NCBI GenBank assembly: GCA_049999805.1
Contig: JBNGIO010006279.1
Location: forward strand, 436,167 to 487,814
Direction: 5' to 3'
Source of the DNA: Folioceros fuciformis
Taxonomy: Eukaryota
DNA: 51,648 nt
The notes beneath the pieces are model-generated. The model made no database searches. It was not told the origin of the DNA and saw only the letters and a list, made by a program, of their open reading frames with translations. The first letter of the stretch is position 1. Every line of letters begins with the position of its first letter. Positions 46,034 to 51,648 of this stretch are shown here, piece by piece. The position numbers and the translations under genes are program-made.

Positions 46034-47155
46034 CCTGCTGCTCACACTCGTCACTCCTCTCCGGGCTTGCGCATCGAGGATTCAGGTGAGCTCAGATAGC
46101 CGCAGCGGCAAAGGACCTAAGCAATCAACGGCGGCAAAGCCGAACGCTGTGTAGACACAGCCCGGACACTGTCTGGAGAGAAAGGCACACGACAGAGCAG
46201 CTAGCGCGCCTCGTGGCGCAGAAGCACATCAATATAATGCACAGCATTGAACAACTGGCCAGGCGGGCGACTAGACTAGGCCCAGACTCCGCCACGCTTT
46301 CTCCTCCTTGTCTCTCTCAAATAATGGACAGGAATGGAGGAGCACCCGCGAGTTGCGCCTCTTACGTACATACGTACTTTCGGGTAAAGTTCCTTGCACC
46401 TGACACGTTCCGACGTGGCCGACATCCTGCTCCCTGTGACGCCCACAAAGCAACGTTTCGTTTTGCACAGGACGGTCTTGAAAGAAGCGTCACCTTTATG
46501 GAAGCAGGGCCACAGATTGCTTGTGGCATCCATTTTCGCTTTCCAAAGTTCACTTTGCAGGCTGTCTGCCGCACCAGGCACCAAAGGAATCAGGCATGTT
46601 CGATGAACGAATTACTGCACTGCGTGGCAAGTCTCAGCTCCCAGTCTTGTTCAGGGTGTACGAAACTGGTAACAGGATGTGAGGTGGGAATTTGGAGTTC
46701 ACATACTCTATTCGCACTTCTTTCGCACTACTCTGTTCCATTCGGTCATTGGTAGATGAAGAGCGATTTGCTTCATCGGCGAATTGCATGTCAGTGAACT
46801 GTAGCTGTTGTCCAGTTAGATAGTGAGGAAGGAGTTGAATGGAATCATCCCTGTCCTGTTCATCAGGCCGACGCCTGGAATCGACCCAATAAGAGCGTGT
46901 CAAGCAGCAGCCATCTCATGAGTTGTTATAATAGTCTGTTTCGAAACATGGATTAGGTAGAAATCTGTCAGGGACAAATATAAGAAAGAATAAAAAATGG
47001 CCGATAGCGACAGATTCCGTCACATCGCCCGGATTCCCTATCAGAACCGCGAAGACACTGACTAAGAACTCCTGGGAACCTAAAGCTATGCCTGTGAGAT
47101 GAGAAACGATCTCGCAAGCAATATCTACGAAGACCAAAATTGGTTCTGCAGCCAC

Positions 47156-48347
47156 TCACACCTGAGGAGTTTCATGCTTGTAGGAGTAGGGCGCCCCGAA
47201 CAGCACATGGTCATACCAGTCGAAAATTTCAGTCTTCTTCAGACTGGTGACGGCATGTACGCCATAAGCCACGTTGAGCTCCTCGGCTATCTCCGTCTTC
47301 CAGCACAGTTCCGCAGCGCACTCGTCCAGCACCTTGTCCCTCCGGAGGACCTCCACCCACTCCTCGTTTAGACGCGGATTGTCAGTGAGGTAGCCGTCGG
47401 CATTGATCCACCCGCTGGCCCTGAGGGAATTGAACACCGCGATGGACAACTCGGGGGTGAAGCACGGAATGCGCTCGATAAAGATGAGCGGGTAGAGCTG
47501 CATATCCCCACAGACGATGGTGTCGTGGTCCACCCCGAGCCCCGCCACCTGCGAGATGCCATACAGGATGTAGGGCACCAGTTCATCCTTGGCCATGTAC
47601 ACAAAGAGCGTCGGCGGGAAGAGGTGATTGGCCTGATCCAAAGCCTCAGGCCTGCCAGGGGCGACAACAAGGCCGATCGCGTCCAGGTGATAGTACAGCG
47701 CCAGCACCGTGGAAAAGTTCCCGCCGTTAGACACTCCCAGAGACACGATCGGCAGGTCCGCGATCCCCTCCCGGTCCCGCCAAATCTCCAGAATGCTGAG
47801 ATACGCACGCAGGTCGGTAGAGTCCTCGGGAGGCCACATCTGCAAGCACAAACTTAGGTCAGGCCGGGACGGAAAAACGTCTCACAGGCAGCCGGGAACG
47901 CAAACCCTCGACACTCACATCGTACTCGTAGCCCCCACTCCGGATGGCGATCACGTTGCCATAGCCGCGTTGGATGCCCTCGAGGATGTTGAGCCTGTCT
48001 TCCGGGAGACCCGTGCAGACGGGGCACCTGGGCGTCCTATCGAAGTAGCGGAAAGGGTCGCCCCCTCGGGCATGAATCATCACCAGCACGGCCTTGGCGC
48101 CCGGGGTGGTCTGCCAGATGACGTCTCGGCCGTCAATGACCTCGTACACGGGGTCGAAGAGCGGGTCCGGGATGTTGCATCCCACATTGGAGAGCTCGCC
48201 TCGAGCCCGCTCCGTGGGCATGGCGATCTGCAAAGGCTCGCCCTCCACATCGGTGGCGGGCAGAATCCTGGAGGCGTACCCCGGGCACAGGATGGAGAGG
48301 AGCAGCAACGCCAGCATCGTGCACTTGCCCATGGTTTCCCCGGCCAT
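47156..48347 (-). CDS. Signal-peptide alpha/beta-hydrolase-fold protein of unknown function (~370 aa), 2 exons (48347-47919, 47839-47156)
   Basis: Hydrophobic signal MLALLLLSILCPGYAS, oxyanion-region AVLVMIHARGG, CPVCTGLPED, nucleophile elbow LGVSNGG, acid PTLFVYMAKD and His EELNVAYGVH. Phase-0 GT-AG intron. Confidence 0.8.
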
Positions 48348-50152
48348 CGCAGCAACCTTCTGCCGGGTAGGGCTTCGCAGAATCTGAAATTCCTGCCTTC
48401 TCCAAGGCATACCGACCTTCTCTAGTTCGGCCAGGGCTTTAAAGGGACCGAGGAGAGAGATTATAGGCGGGCACCAGATGCTTCGTTGATTGGCGCAAGG
48501 TGAAGTTTCTCCGGGCAGGAATGCGGCCACGCACGCCTCCTTCATCTCTCTCAAATAATTCCCTTCTCTTCTCACCCGATCGCCATTTGAAGGCCGCGGA
48601 CGACTCCGTTGTACATTCTGTACATACGCTGTCTTCTGACGAAACACGTACCGAATGATCGGCAGGTACAAGTACAGTGGGAATATACCATTCAATGTGC
48701 ATATAATAAAATATAGAGTCAAATCAAAATTAAGATACCTAGGTGCCTGTGAACAGGAATATATATATGTACACGCCGGGTGTTAATGTTTTAAGTTGCA
48801 AGGTTTTCAGTGGCAAGTGTTGGAACATATGTTTAAGGTTGAGATTTTGTTATCAAAAAGAGGCGGACCTCAAAAGAATGCTTATCGAGATAGAGAAGAT
48901 GTGGAGGAAGTATGCCCCCACCAAATTGTAAGACCAACCACATTTGTCTTGTGTGTGTATAGGTGGATCATGTTCCATGCTAAACCTAAGGAGGAGAAAA
49001 ATTTCAGCCCTTCTCCCTGGACAAATGTTCTATAGGATATGACCAATGAGTTTGCTCATATAGACCAAGTCTGTTGCTCTCTTCGTTTGGTGTTCTATCT
49101 TTGTTTAGTGTACTTTCTCCATCTTGTTTTGCCAATTTATATATGTGTTCAATGCTGAAATGCTCATCTACCTTAAGACAAAAGAGCACAAAACCATCCG
49201 GACTAATCCTTATGGTCAAAAATCTTCTACTTGCTTACTGCGCCTAGGATATCAAAATTCAAGGATAAAAAGGGTCTACAGTACTTAGTGCCAATATTGA
49301 AGATGTTGCTTCCACTACGCTTGCCATTGTCTTTATACACTATGTGAGCCAATGCTTATTACTAGGTGATGGACACTCTTTGCCTATAAAATACACAAAA
49401 GAGAGAGGGCACTTCCACATCTCCCACAATTGTATTCCTAAGCAAGGACAAGGCTTGAGAAAGACACACTTCTCACCAAAGGCGCTTGCCCTCTTGCATA
49501 GCATCTACAAATAGTCTACACATAAATTGAGAACCTCCTATGGTGTGGACATTAAAGCTAGGCTTAGACATGTTGTTTTCCTTAGAATTTGCAGCTCTTT
49601 CTCAAACTCTAGCACCATTGCACCCTCAACTCACAACCGTCTCCTCCTCAAAGCCTCCTAAGATTATTTCCCCTCAACTTTTTCCACTATTTTCTTCAAG
49701 TTCGGTTTGCTTGCACAGAATAACGACATAAGCAAAAACCTAGGCCATTTAGTCCACAGAACACTAGGAAACTTTTGCCATACATTTCCCTTGCTTCACA
49801 TCTGTCCATGACCCTGCGCCCAATGCCACTATAGCCATCTTAGCTGCCACCTTCATTCATGTTAGTTGCTATGACACGGAAACATCTTATTTAGTTGTTA
49901 TCTCCTTTGAACAATAGGTTAGCCACCTCAACCTCCAATGGCTCCCTCTTCATATCTATATTCCCTTCTATAGTTCATTGCAACTCCCCCATAAGTCATT
50001 TAGGGTTACAAGGACTTGTCTCTGCTGACCTTGAATTCAACATTGAATTCCTTCTACTTAGGCTTACCCCTTCCCTTGGCCTTAAATTGTGGTCACTTCT
50101 TGCTTGGCTTGCATGTACTTTCAAGAATCCAATATTGATGCAAGGCAAGCCA

Positions 50153-50692
50153 TCAACCTATAGGAAGAATCCCATCTACAGAATTTTGCACCAACCATAG
50201 TGGGTACTCTTTAAACAATTCCATCATCAAATTCGGTTGATTTATAATCAGAGTTTGGTCCACCCTACGGGGTGAAAGAAAAACAATGTCCGCCTTTAAA
50301 TTTGGCACAAGTTTAAAAAAGTCTCCTACAATAAATTGAATGCGATCTTGTACTCCACAAATTTTTGCATTATGCTTTGTAAGTTTAATTTTCTTGGGGT
50401 CGATATCAATTGTTATAACTTTATAACCTTGCAACGCAAACTAGATAGTGTTTCCACCTGCACCAGCAAAGCCATATATGATTTTTGATTTTGTTGGACA
50501 CCTGCATACTTGATGCTTGGCTAATACCTCAGGAGTTATTGAATATAACGACTCTTTGTCCAATTTAATGCCCCAATCATATTTGGAGAATAGTTCATAC
50601 CTATTTCTCCAATACTTTTCCAATGATTTGTCTTCTCTTATGCATTGTAGAGTGGGTCTTGGATTGACGCGGACCCGAAGAAGTTGCATCAC
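50153..50692 (-). pseudogene. TGS1: Intronless trimethylguanosine synthase (RNA cap N2-methyltransferase) pseudogene fragment
   Basis: KYWRNRYELFSKYDWGIKLDKESLYSITPE, GFAGAGGNTI*FA (in-frame TAG at 50441-50443), IDIDPKKI, HNAKICGVQDRIQFIVGDF and DIVFLSP followed by a disrupted PPWGG. AT-rich context. Confidence 0.85.
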
Positions 50693-50957
50693 TATTCCTT
50701 AGTTTGGAGCATGACATACTTAATATATCTTGCTAAGGTTGGAAACATGTCTTTAGAAGTACGTGGTTGTATGGTGCGCCTCCCTTTGTTGTGTAATAAT
50801 GTCGTGTTAAGTTTCTTGATTGCATGATGATGATTTGTTGTGTTGAGTTACTCGATTCCATGATGTTGATTTGATGTCCTATGGAAAGAGTAGACATCCT
50901 CAGCCAGAAGAAAGTAGACGGTTGATGGTGCTATTATGGTGGAGTGGTGCTTTCAAG

Positions 50958-51272
50958 TAATATAATAGTAGATATAATATACACATGTATAGGCCCTAAT
51001 TCCTAAACCCTAAGTCCAAGTGTAATTGTCAAACTCTAAGACATTGACCAAGGCTTATAAAGCCATGTAATATACTAGTAGATATAATTTACACATATGT
51101 AGGCCCTAATTCTTAAACCCTCAGTCAAAGAGTAATTGTCAAATCCTAAGACATTGACCAAGGCTTATAAAGCTATATAATATAATAGTAGATATAATAT
51201 ACACGTACATATGCCAAAAGTGGAAGAGTGATTGTTGAACCCTAAGACATTGAGGAAGGCTTATAAAGCCGT
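50958..51272. repeat. 110-bp tandem repeat, two close copies plus a diverged third
   Basis: Units start at 50958, 51068 and 51178 (taatata(a/c)tagtagatataat...ctaagacattgaccaaggcttataaagc); the first two contain ggccc and aaaccct motifs. Confidence 0.85.
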
Positions 51273-51648
51273 TAAAGAGGAATAATAAGCAAATAGGGGC
51301 ATATTGCCAAAAGTTAAGGACACGAAGCAAGACACATAAATACATTAAATAACATTAATAAGTAGAGGGTATTTTATAAAGCCTAAGGAAAGGAGGTAAG
51401 GTCAGACAAGGTACGATACTAAACACAAGTATGCCCTTTGTTATCTCTAATCACAACATCATGCTCTAGGTGGACCAGCCAAGCTACAAAGGATCTTAAA
51501 CAAATTAGGTGAAGAAGCCACTAGACTTGCACTCACATTTGCCAAAGCTCTTTGTCGAGCAATGGAGGCATATAAATAAGAGAATATATTCGTCTCTAAT
51601 GGCGAACATATGTGTGTCGAATAGGGTGAAAAAAGAAAACCAGTGGTC

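Noticed and set aside
48720-50150. Decayed coding-like AT-rich sequence next to the TGS1 fragment
   Set aside because: I could not assign any transposase, RT or host protein by eye.

Overview
Gene-dense plant nuclear DNA (~50% GC, short GT-AG introns of mostly 80-290 nt). It is most likely from a hornwort (Anthoceros-like). That assignment is inferred from PPR editing factors whose DYW:KP deaminase domains end in GRP and DRH. The left ~5.3 kb is retroelement debris: a CRE/Zepp-like non-LTR element next to a telomere-motif minisatellite, a Ty1/copia 3' fragment with its LTR, and a second LTR+PBS. Thirteen intact-looking genes follow: PPR-DYW:KP(GRP), TML, mitochondrial KAS, tyrosine aminotransferase, an MGNC-acylated Tubby/LURP-like protein, PPR-E+(PG), PPR-DYW:KP(DRH), PPR-E+(WW), a calmodulin-like protein, an endonuclease III homologue, hydroxyphenylpyruvate reductase, a signal-peptide polyphenol oxidase and a signal-peptide alpha/beta-hydrolase. 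The right end is AT-rich, with an intronless TGS1 pseudogene and a 110-bp tandem repeat. Two leads stand out. (1) TAT, HPPR, PPO and an orphan Ser-Asp-His hydrolase lie within ~31 kb, the last three adjacent on one strand, and form a candidate tyrosine-branch/rosmarinic-acid gene cluster. (2) An OSB-type PDF single-stranded-nucleic-acid-binding motif is fused N-terminally to PLS-PPR editing factors, including a putative U-to-C editor. All gene models and family calls were made by eye; no database search was run.
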